Virus record (IMG/VR): IMGVR_UViG_3300014838_000019
Location: 1 to 64,000 of that record
From: a virus
Strand: one strand, 5' to 3'
Length of the DNA stretch: 64,000 nucleotides
Shown here piece after piece: positions 7,468 through 14,787 of the stretch. The notes below the pieces were generated by a model that saw nothing but the letters and a program-made list of their open reading frames with translations, made no database searches and was not told the DNA's origin. Numbering within the stretch: position 1 is the first letter of the stretch; each line of letters opens with the position of its first letter. A program made the translations under genes and the position numbers.

Positions 7468-7785
7468 ATGAAAAACATTGAAGGTCTCGTCGTATCCGCC
7501 AAGTTGTTCTGCGTATTTGCTGGAACTAGCTTGCTCACTCTCCAAACTGGATTAGGTAGTTTAGCTCAATCAGATAAACCCGCCACCAATATCCAGTGGG
7601 CAATGGTTGTCGGTGGAAGTCTCGGTACGGGGCTTACGGCGGCTGGGGCTTTCTTGTCAAATGCGTTTGGAAACTACATGAATAACGTTAATATCAATGG
7701 AAATCCAATCACTTCTCAGACGGGAAGTATAAATCCTCTATTGACAGAAGTCAAAAAGGATGCTACAGTAAAGCCAGTTCTTTGA
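7468..7785 (+). CDS. Small membrane protein (2 TM; holin-like topology possible)
   Basis: ATG after the tRNA; two hydrophobic segments. Confidence 0.55.
   Translation: MKNIEGLVVSAKLFCVFAGTSLLTLQTGLGSLAQSDKPATNIQWAMVVGGSLGTGLTAAGAFLSNAFGNYMNNVNINGNPITSQTGSINPLLTEVKKDATVKPVL
7741..7769 (+). promoter_or_regulatory. sigma70-type promoter for the RNase P RNA
   Basis: TTGACA-N17-TACAGT with extended TG, ~20 nt upstream of P1. Confidence 0.7.
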
Positions 7786-7788
7786 GAT

Positions 7789-8135
7789 TTTGTCGTAAGC
7801 GACTCTACGCTGGGGAGAAATCCTTAGAGGAAGTTCGCCGCTGCACAGCAGATGATTGGGAGAATTTGGTTACAATAGGATTGGTCAAGTCGTGAAGTCC
7901 GAAAATCAATCAGCAGAACCTTAATCACAACTGATTGACCCTTGCAACCATTTCGTTATTACCACAAATTAGCAGCAATCCTAAATAGGTCAAGTCTAGT
8001 GCTGGACGTTACTAAGACCGAGGTTGGAGCAGTCTCCTTTAACGGGGGACCAGTTGAAAGACTGAGAAAAATGTAGAGATAGACCATAACGGCGGCTAAA
8101 ACATGAGCTATAAACTCATGGGTGCGAACGACAAT
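7789..8135 (+). ncRNA. rnpB: RNase P RNA (type-A-like catalytic domain, divergent S-domain)
   Basis: P1 TGTCGT/ACGACA; P2 CTCTAC(7803)/GTAGAG(8073); P3 GAAA hairpin; P4 GAGGAAGTTCGCCG(7827)/AACGGCGGCTA(8088) with bulged U; P5 CTGC/GCAG+CAA; P6 CAGC/GCTG; P15 with L15 GGT; P16 GGTC/GACC; AGAAAAATG at J18/2. Confidence 0.87.
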
Positions 8136-8216
8136 TTTTAAAAGTATGGGGAACGTCGAAAGACGCACTAGTCTCCATCAATATGTCATCTAAAAAATGA
8201 TGATGACAAAATTTAT

Positions 8217-8278
8217 GCCCGTGGTCGGATTGGGTTGCTGCGATACCACCGACATATTTGAGCAGAACATGGGCATCA
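8217..8278 (+). ncRNA. Candidate tRNA-like mini RNA
   Basis: 7-bp acceptor-like stem GCCCGTG/CATGGGC + ATCA, enclosing a GTCGG...CCGAC hairpin; no D- or T-arm. Confidence 0.4.
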
Positions 8279-8282
8279 TTAT

Positions 8283-8360
8283 GGGGCCGTAGCACAATTG
8301 GTAGTGCAGCACGTTCGCAACGTGAAGGTTTTGGGCGTTCAACTCGCCTCGGCTCCACCA
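8283..8360 (+). tRNA. tRNA-Ala(CGC)
   Basis: GGGGCCG acceptor with G3:U70, anticodon loop TTCGCAA, CCA. Confidence 0.93.
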
Positions 8361-8367
8361 TCATAAC

Positions 8368-8410
8368 AAAAAGAGAGGCGACTGAAAAGTCGCCTCTCTC
8401 TTTTTTTTTT
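8368..8410. terminator. Bidirectional intrinsic terminator
   Basis: A-tract + GAGAGGCGACT-GAAA-AGTCGCCTCTC + T-tract, between convergent transcription units. Confidence 0.9.
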
Positions 8411-8419
8411 AGTTATACC

Positions 8420-8638
8420 TTATGCGATACAACTAATTGGTGCGGGGTTTGACCCGACGTGAATGTCACGGTTTCCATGTAGAACTCCAAATACATTAAG
8501 CAACCATAGTATGATGGCTATGACTGCTACAACGTTAATGATTTTCTTGATGGCATCCGGCATTGGGATGTACATGTTGACGAGCCATAGGAGAACTCCT
8601 ATGATTGCCAACGTTACGATGATTGCTATGAGGGACAT
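8420..8638 (-). CDS. Small two-TM membrane protein (Thivi_2564-like family)
   Basis: GVLLWLVNMYIPMPDAIKKIINVV...LWLL pattern typical of this family. Confidence 0.75.
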   Translation of the reverse strand: MSLIAIIVTLAIIGVLLWLVNMYIPMPDAIKKIINVVAVIAIILWLLNVFGVLHGNRDIHVGSNPAPISCIA

Positions 8639-8744
8639 ATATTTCCTTTTGTTATTTGATGTGTTCCAAACGCCATATAATTACCCCTATCATACCACTC
8701 GCTAAGATTAGAGTAAAGAATAGCATATGATTCCATTTTGGTTC

Positions 8745-9137
8745 TTAGTCTCGTGGGGCACCGGCAGACAATCCAAGGTTGGTTGTTGTTCGATCTTGTG
8801 ATTTGTCAGGTAGTGTTTGAACCACATTGACACTAATTTGGTTATAGATGAATCCATCGGCGTTAACTGTTGCAGATTGATGCAAATCTATATTGACCCA
8901 TTTACGTGCGGTTTTTAGATTCATATCCGTATCTGCTCCAACCAAGAATACCGTTACTCCCGGCGTGGAAGATGCAGTTATGATTGCGGTCATTCCATCA
9001 ACTGATGGTTTGATTGTAGATTCTCCACTGATAACTTTCCAAGTAATCGTCTTTACACGACCTACTTTTCCAGAAAAACTCTGTGGATTCATCGTCAACG
9101 TAATCGTTTGATTTACTGTTAGTGTTAGATTTATCAT
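8745..9137 (-). CDS. Ig-like beta-sandwich hypothetical protein
   Basis: Alternating hydrophobic beta-strands, Thr/Val-rich. Confidence 0.6.
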   Translation of the reverse strand: MINLTLTVNQTITLTMNPQSFSGKVGRVKTITWKVISGESTIKPSVDGMTAIITASSTPGVTVFLVGADTDMNLKTARKWVNIDLHQSATVNADGFIYNQISVNVVQTLPDKSQDRTTTNLGLSAGAPRD

Positions 9138-9214
9138 ATAGTTTCCTATTTTATTTGAATTAAAATTGATATTCTCGTGAAATATTTCTATTTCACGAGA
9201 ACATTTGTTACGCT

Positions 9215-10180
9215 TTATCGGCGATTAGATTTATTAAACTGACGAGCCAAAGATGCCGAAGCATTTTGGACGACTGTATAAGTTGCAACTACAGTTCCAT
9301 TCAAGATAACATTCTCAACCACTTGGTTATTGAATGAACCCGTGAATCCACCAACGTAAGTTCCACTGATGGAGTTTCCGTTAATTGAACCCGTGAATGC
9401 TCCACTACCAATACCGTTCATGCTTGCGCTGACGACCGTTGCGGTCGAACTAGACAAGTCGGTGATTGTTCCAGTGTAAGTTCCAACATAGGAACCACTC
9501 AATGGACCTTGGGTAGAACCGCTATATGATCCACTGTATGATCCGCTATTTGAACCACTGATTGATCCACTGTATGATCCACTATTTGAACCGCTTGAAT
9601 TTGCTGATGCATATGCATCGAGGGCGTCAAGTTTAGCTGCTATGGTGCTGGCTCGTGCTGAGAGAGCATCAAGCAATGCTTGGTCACTTTGAGTGAATAC
9701 AGAACCCGAAGAGTTCTGAAGGGAGTTGATTGTAGTTACGAGGTAACTTACGTCACCTTGTAAATCTGTCACCGCAATGTCCATACGGTCATTGAATGCG
9801 TTCTGCGTTGTTGCGAAGTTTGATACTTGGCTCATAATTTTTTCCTCTGTTTGTTTCAAGTCGAGTTTACTCACGAATTCATGGGACTTGAACCATTCCA
9901 ATTCGTTTTTGGTTTGTTTTTCAAGATTTTCTAGTTCTTGAAAAATTCTTTGAAAGAGATGATATGTGGGATGATTATCCACATGATGTTCTCTTAATTC
10001 CGTAGGACTGATGCGTGTGACTACAGCATTACTAGCTGTGGGTGCATGAGGTACGGATTCTGTCGTTGTAAATTGTGTTTCTCCGGTGAATGTCGAAATT
10101 CTATTCACTGGGTCACTTAAAAGTATAGTTGGCGATACTGCCGACTGTGTAATGGGATAGTGACGATGAAAATAGTTCAT
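9215..10180 (-). CDS. Hypothetical protein with coiled coil and SGSY/SGSN repeats
   Basis: 321-aa ORF; central helical segment followed by (SGSx)n repeats. Confidence 0.7.
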   Translation of the reverse strand: MNYFHRHYPITQSAVSPTILLSDPVNRISTFTGETQFTTTESVPHAPTASNAVVTRISPTELREHHVDNHPTYHLFQRIFQELENLEKQTKNELEWFKSHEFVSKLDLKQTEEKIMSQVSNFATTQNAFNDRMDIAVTDLQGDVSYLVTTINSLQNSSGSVFTQSDQALLDALSARASTIAAKLDALDAYASANSSGSNSGSYSGSISGSNSGSYSGSYSGSTQGPLSGSYVGTYTGTITDLSSSTATVVSASMNGIGSGAFTGSINGNSISGTYVGGFTGSFNNQVVENVILNGTVVATYTVVQNASASLARQFNKSNRR

Positions 10181-10467
10181 ATTTTACCTTATGGTTATTC
10201 GTGGATGTAAATTCTACGCACGAGTTTATACGTGATTGTATAGTTAACGGGATATTGAACGGGAAGATAAACAAACTGTCATCCGATGGAATGGGTCTAT
10301 AGGACGGACACCTTTTTGAGGTATGAGAACTTGGAAGTTATTCCATCTCGACTTGCTTATACATATTGGAACGAATAATTAATATCGATTATATCGCAAT
10401 ATATATTTTATAATATTGCTGTAAATTTATCACTTGACTTCTTCTTGAGATGTGATATTATGATGGC

Positions 10468-10638
10468 ATGATTTGCGTCATTTGTAAAAAATGTAAAAAA
10501 GAATTGACACTCCCCGGCGGTTTATTATTTTCTCCTCCGATTGGGGGGCAAGTGAACAAATATCATTTGTGCCTCAGTTGTTACGTGTCTTTAATTCAAT
10601 GGCTTAACACTCCATTATCGAAAAATAAAAAGTTATGA
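10468..10638 (+). CDS. Small zinc-finger protein (not in ORF track)
   Basis: MICVICKKCKKEL...HLCLSCY; 56 aa, ATGA-coupled to the next gene, TTGACT promoter upstream. Confidence 0.6.
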   Translation: MICVICKKCKKELTLPGGLLFSPPIGGQVNKYHLCLSCYVSLIQWLNTPLSKNKKL

Positions 10639-11138
10639 TCCTAACAGACTACAGAATTGGCGTATTCAACTCCCATTGGTGGAAGGACGTTTGGTATAAT
10701 CAAGTAGCGTCTAGGTGGAACCCTCGTAATAAATGGCTTACCAAGAAGATTCCTCGCACTTGGATGGACAAAGATCATATTATTGAAATCTGTGTCCTAG
10801 AATCACTCAAACATTATATTGAGGGAGAAGAAGCTTTGGGCAAGGATATGTGTCATTTTCAATCGAGTCAGGATGACCCGTCATTTCCCGGATGGAAAAA
10901 GGAATCAGATCGAGAAGTGAAGAAGCAGTATGAATTAGTAACGATCAAGTTGGACTCTCTCGAAAAGCAACTGAAAATAGAATGGAATAATGTTCCGACT
11001 CGGAATTGGCGAGATGTTACTAAGCTTGACTACGAGCAGACTTATGGCAAGATTGATCGGTTGGAGAAAGAAATATACGATTTGCAGACTGAGATAATGG
11101 TTTGGGTCGTAAAGAATCGCAATATACTTTGGACATGA
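10635..11138 (+). CDS. Hypothetical phage protein
   Basis: 167 aa, Trp-rich N-terminus, coiled-coil C-terminus. Confidence 0.7.
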   Translation: MILTDYRIGVFNSHWWKDVWYNQVASRWNPRNKWLTKKIPRTWMDKDHIIEICVLESLKHYIEGEEALGKDMCHFQSSQDDPSFPGWKKESDREVKKQYELVTIKLDSLEKQLKIEWNNVPTRNWRDVTKLDYEQTYGKIDRLEKEIYDLQTEIMVWVVKNRNILWT

Positions 11139-11139
11139 T

Positions 11140-11517
11140 ATGAAAGTTACAATTCCCGCAAGAACAGAAGAAATCACACGATGTTATCATTCGTGCCCAT
11201 ATTTTGGGCTTGATGGTGGTCCTAGTTCCGTAATGTATTGTAAGCATCCATATTGGGATGACAAGGGAAGTTATGCTGGATTTATTATTTCTCACCCCGA
11301 ATGCGATGACGGATTCCCATCACTGTGCCCATTGTATAAAGAAAATGGAATGTCACCACCACCGAAAGAGCAACCGATAAAGGAAAAATCATATTTGACT
11401 GATGAAGAACGAGCCAAGTTTTCTGTCGGTGAGGCATTGAATGTTGAGTATCAGCGACGTTTCGATGAAGTGCTTCTCAATGCACTTTTGAAAATTCCAA
11501 TTGATAATAAATTATGA
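11140..11517 (+). CDS. Hypothetical Cys-containing protein
   Basis: CxxCPY...C...CPL pattern. Confidence 0.65.
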   Translation: MKVTIPARTEEITRCYHSCPYFGLDGGPSSVMYCKHPYWDDKGSYAGFIISHPECDDGFPSLCPLYKENGMSPPPKEQPIKEKSYLTDEERAKFSVGEALNVEYQRRFDEVLLNALLKIPIDNKL

Positions 11518-11972
11518 AAACAAATGCGACAATCGGTCTGTATGCGGGCAGTTTTAATCCGTTTCATGTTGGGCATCTATCAATCGTGAATCAAGCCAAG
11601 GAAGTATTTAATAAAGTAATTGTTGCACAAGGTATCAACCCCGACAAGAATTATGATGACAGTGCTCTTTTTCCCGAGTCGTATTTGGCATCTATAAATG
11701 TTGAGACCCGATCATACAACTGTTTGTTGACTACGCTCATAGAGAAAATAGAGCAGCAATATTCAGCTACCAATGTTGTCTTGGTTCGTGGGTTAAGGAA
11801 TGGTGCCGATTTGGAATACGAGCAGAACCTTATTGCGTTTTTACGAGGGTTCAAGCCCGGACTCAAGGTCACGGCGTTCTATTGCGACCCGATATATCGC
11901 CACGTCAGTTCGAGTGCTCTGCGGGGCATTCAGAAGTTTTCCGAACAGGAATACAGAAAATACGTGGTCTGA
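11514..11972 (+). CDS. coaD: Phosphopantetheine adenylyltransferase
   Basis: YAGSFNPFHVGH (HxGH), LVRGLRNGADLEYE and VSSS motifs. Confidence 0.85.
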   Translation: MKTNATIGLYAGSFNPFHVGHLSIVNQAKEVFNKVIVAQGINPDKNYDDSALFPESYLASINVETRSYNCLLTTLIEKIEQQYSATNVVLVRGLRNGADLEYEQNLIAFLRGFKPGLKVTAFYCDPIYRHVSSSALRGIQKFSEQEYRKYVV

Positions 11973-11992
11973 AATATAAATAATCATGGGAC

Positions 11993-12024
11993 TTGACATT
12001 TTCGACTTCCCGTGCTATATTTAT
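11993..12024 (+). promoter_or_regulatory. Composite sigma70-like plus late promoter
   Basis: TTGACA-N17-TATATT(TAT) with extended TG. Confidence 0.75.
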
Positions 12025-12035
12025 GCGTAAGATTT

Positions 12036-12168
12036 GAGATGCACACAGCGACAAAAAATCTATGAGCCGAAAGACTCACCATGAGTCATCCTCTCCCTCG
12101 CAAAAAAGAGAGGCGGAAGAATAACCGTGCTGTTTTTATAGTGCAGCGTAAAATTGGGCATCTCGCAA
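12036..12168 (+). ncRNA. Candidate multi-hairpin RNA closed by an acceptor-like stem
   Basis: GAGATGC/GCATCTC 7-bp stem + GCAA; internal hairpins TGAGCCGAAAGACTCA, CCTCTC..GAGAGG, GCTG..CAGC; directly after a promoter. Confidence 0.5.
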
Positions 12169-12228
12169 AATTTCCTATTCACCAATGGTGGAAAAGGTTG
12201 GGATAGACGTTCAGCGTCATCCTTTTAT

Positions 12229-12304
12229 GGGGCATTAGCTCAGTCAGTAGAGCGTCTGCTTTGCAAGCAGAAGGTGCCGGGAGCAAAGCCCGGATGCTCC
12301 ACCA
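12229..12304 (+). tRNA. tRNA-Ala(TGC) with atypical T-loop
   Basis: Anticodon loop TTTGCAA, G3:U70, T-arm CCGGG-AGCAAAG-CCCGG, CCA. Confidence 0.92.
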
Positions 12305-12351
12305 ATCTAAATATTTCGATTCGTTTCCGTTTCTCTCCACTATTTATTGGT

Positions 12352-13143
12352 ATGAAGATGATACCAATCACTTGCCACAAATGTTCTAATATTGTTGACC
12401 GGCCAAAATCCGAGGTTGACCGACAAATTAGAAATGGGCGGAAATATTTTTTCTGCTCATTGTCTTGCTCCACATCGGCAACAAAAACCACAACTCGCAA
12501 TATAAAATCACGATGTCTATTTTGTCATAAAGAGTTTGATTCGACTACTCGTAAAAAAGCAAAAGTATGTTGTAGCAAAGAGTGTGCAATAAAATATTCT
12601 CAATCATTTGTGGACCCGGTAATTCACAAAAAATCTATTCAGCGGCCATCACATTATCCCCGAGTCGAGAATTTCGAGTGCGTTATATGTGGAACGACGT
12701 TTAATAAGAATATAAAATCTCACGTCGAAACATATCAGACCTGTTCGGATAAATGTTTTAGAACACTACTCCAAGTAAAGGCAAGAGCCAATCCAAATTG
12801 CGGCGGGGATACGAATTATCGAAGGTATAAATATAATGGGATATGGATGGACTCAAAATGGGAAATAGAATTAGCCAAATGGATGGATGCCAATAGTATA
12901 TCGTGGGAGAGGGACAATAAGAAACATCAATTCATATGGACGGATAAAGACGGAAATAAGCGGCGATATTATCCCGACTTTTACCTTCCATCTTATAATG
13001 TGTATTTAGACCCGAAGAACAAATATCTCATTAAAGTTGATGATTACAAAATAAATCAAGTCATTCGGGAAAATAAAATTTGTCTTGTTTGGGGTCTGTT
13101 AGAAAATGTGAAAAAAGAAGTTGACATTTTGCGGGGAGTCTGA
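12352..13143 (+). CDS. Putative homing endonuclease (zinc-finger repeats + PD-(D/E)XK domain)
   Basis: Repeated CxxC...FCSxxC units; C-terminal DSKWE...YYPDFYLP...LDPK. ATG at 12352 follows TATTTAT. Confidence 0.75.
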   Translation: MKMIPITCHKCSNIVDRPKSEVDRQIRNGRKYFFCSLSCSTSATKTTTRNIKSRCLFCHKEFDSTTRKKAKVCCSKECAIKYSQSFVDPVIHKKSIQRPSHYPRVENFECVICGTTFNKNIKSHVETYQTCSDKCFRTLLQVKARANPNCGGDTNYRRYKYNGIWMDSKWEIELAKWMDANSISWERDNKKHQFIWTDKDGNKRRYYPDFYLPSYNVYLDPKNKYLIKVDDYKINQVIRENKICLVWGLLENVKKEVDILRGV

Positions 13144-13152
13144 TATATTTAT
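13121..13152 (+). promoter_or_regulatory. Composite sigma70-like plus late promoter
   Basis: TTGACA-N17-TATATT(TAT) with extended TG. Confidence 0.75.
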
Positions 13153-13375
13153 GACCATAGCTCATCTACCAAGTAAGTGTAGAAGGAGTAACGGGTCCGT
13201 CAAGTGGCGAACCCATCAATTTGCCTATCGCCCATGTGGTGAAAAGGTATCTGAAGTCACTGCGAAGTGACCTCTGACAACTGCGGGAGTCGGCAGACAA
13301 TAAAATAAGACGGAACTCCAATACCTTATGGTATTGCGAATCAAACCGAGGGGCACGGTCTCTCGGTCAGTTTAT

Positions 13376-13453
13376 TGCGGGCTAGGCAGTTCTGGTGAAC
13401 TCCTTTGTCTCATAAGCAAATCTAGAAAAGTTCAATTCTTTTGCCCGCTACCA
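13376..13453 (+). tRNA. tRNA-Met(CAT), initiator-like 1:72 mismatch
   Basis: Anticodon loop CTCATAA, T1:T72 mismatch, CCA; lacks the three G:C anticodon-stem pairs. Confidence 0.85.
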
Positions 13454-13517
13454 ATTTTGCTCTTGTAAATGTCCCGATCCAAAGTCATAGACTTGAGAAG
13501 AAGGTATTGAGCATTAT

Positions 13518-13591
13518 GGGGTCGTCGTTCAACGGTAGGACTTGACTATGGCATAGTTAGGATAGGGGTTCGATTCCCCTCGGCTCCACCA
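13518..13591 (+). tRNA. tRNA-Ala(GGC)
   Basis: Anticodon loop ATGGCAT, G3:U70, GTTCGA T-loop, CCA. Confidence 0.93.
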
Positions 13592-13638
13592 AGTATTTGA
13601 CTGGAATAGTTTCAGTCATTAGAGAAATAAAACATAAC

Positions 13639-14202
13639 ATGAAGAAAACATTATCATTATTTGCAACCCTCATCCTTGCGGTAGGTCTATTCGCAGGATG
13701 TGCATCTCCAAACGGAGCATCATCCCTCACCCCCGCTCAAGTAGCAACCGTTGGTGTGGTTGTAACTCAAGCCGCCAATGTTGGTGCTGCATATGCAATT
13801 CAGCAAGACAAAACGAACGCCAAGTATTTTGTTCTTGCCGATGCCGCCATTGACACCTTGGTTGTAAGCAGCAATGCAAGTCCAACCGAACTTGAAAATG
13901 CTCTTGCTCCAATCGAAGGAAGCAATCAATTGGTTAATGTTGCCATCAGCGGAGCACTCGTCGCTTATGACCTCACATTGAGCCAATATTCAATCACGAA
14001 TGCCGCTGACGCCGATGCCATTATATGGCTTGGTGATATAGAAGTCGGATTCAAGGAAGCATTGGTCTCGACTGGTGCAACAGGATTGACAGTCGCCCAC
14101 ATTGATCCTCCTTATTACTTGCAGCACGTTGGAACAGGTATCGTAGTTAATACGAATGCTATCAAGTTTACAATCGAAGAAGCCAAGCCAGTGACAAAGT
14201 AA
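13639..14202 (+). CDS. Putative lipoprotein
   Basis: MKKTL...LFAGC lipobox; Ala-rich helical body. Confidence 0.75.
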   Translation: MKKTLSLFATLILAVGLFAGCASPNGASSLTPAQVATVGVVVTQAANVGAAYAIQQDKTNAKYFVLADAAIDTLVVSSNASPTELENALAPIEGSNQLVNVAISGALVAYDLTLSQYSITNAADADAIIWLGDIEVGFKEALVSTGATGLTVAHIDPPYYLQHVGTGIVVNTNAIKFTIEEAKPVTK

Positions 14203-14218
14203 ATTAACTTTAACGCAT

Positions 14219-14250
14219 ATCCCTCGCTTCGGCGAGGGATTTTTTTTTTT
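14219..14250 (+). terminator. Intrinsic terminator
   Basis: ATCCCTCGC-TTCG-GCGAGGGAT + T-tract. Confidence 0.9.
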
Positions 14251-14261
14251 GTAGAAAGTGT

Positions 14262-14293
14262 TTGACATTTGGAAAAGGTGTGGTATATTTATA
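14262..14293 (+). promoter_or_regulatory. Composite sigma70-like plus late promoter
   Basis: TTGACA-N16-TATATT(TATA) with extended TG. Confidence 0.75.
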
Positions 14294-14302
14294 TCTGACG
14301 AT

Positions 14303-14376
14303 TGGAGTTTAGTGTAGTGGTAGCACGACTCTCTCTGAAAGAGCAAGTGAAAGTTCGATTCTTTCAACTCCAGCCA
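14303..14376 (+). tRNA. tRNA-Gln(CTG)
   Basis: TGGAGTT acceptor, anticodon loop CTCTGAA, GCCA end. Confidence 0.92.
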
Positions 14377-14386
14377 ATTTTAGTTT

Positions 14387-14574
14387 TTGATGTAGCAGAC
14401 ATACCAAAATTCTATGTGCCCGTCATGTGGACATATGGGACGAACGTCAGCAACAAGTAGGTTCTTAAGTTTGAACCGAAGATGACGATGGGAGGTCACA
14501 ACCCAAAGAGTGACTTTGCGAAGACTGCGAGTAAGGTCTAGGTCAACTACGAACTGTCGTAAGGGCTACATCAA
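14387..14574 (+). ncRNA. Candidate ~185-nt multibranch RNA between two tRNAs
   Basis: Closing stem TTGATGTAGC/GCTACATCAA; internal stems CGTCA/TGACG, GGTTC/GAACC, GTCAC/GTGAC, TACGA/TCGTA; no ORF. Confidence 0.55.
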
Positions 14575-14579
14575 TTTTA

Positions 14580-14667
14580 GGCGAATTGCCGGAACGGTAA
14601 CGGGCCAGCTTGGAAAGCTGAGGCAAGTTAACTACTTGAGTGGGTTCGACTCCTACATTCGCCGCCA
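14580..14667 (+). tRNA. tRNA-Ser(GGA)
   Basis: Anticodon loop TTGGAAA, long variable arm, GCCA. Confidence 0.94.
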
Positions 14668-14787
14668 ATTTTAAATGCGACTGCAACTAGCGATGAAGGT
14701 TCGATTCCTTAGTAAAGTGGAACGCAAGTCAGGGGCATAATCTGATAGGGTTATGTCAGCATTACGATTATGGATATACAGTATCGA

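Noticed and set aside
7959-8452. ORFs 7959..8168(-), 8116..8364(-) and 8258..8452(+)
   Set aside because: They overlap the RNase P RNA and tRNA-Ala and are treated as shadow ORFs.
12154-12351. 5' extensions of computed ORFs across tRNA genes (also 2454, 7408, 1448)
   Set aside because: The extensions run through tRNAs; downstream ATGs were used instead, or the ORF was dropped.
14387-14574. tmRNA or 6S RNA identity
   Set aside because: No GGGG acceptor, T-arm or tag ORF for tmRNA; the predicted branching does not fit a 6S rod.
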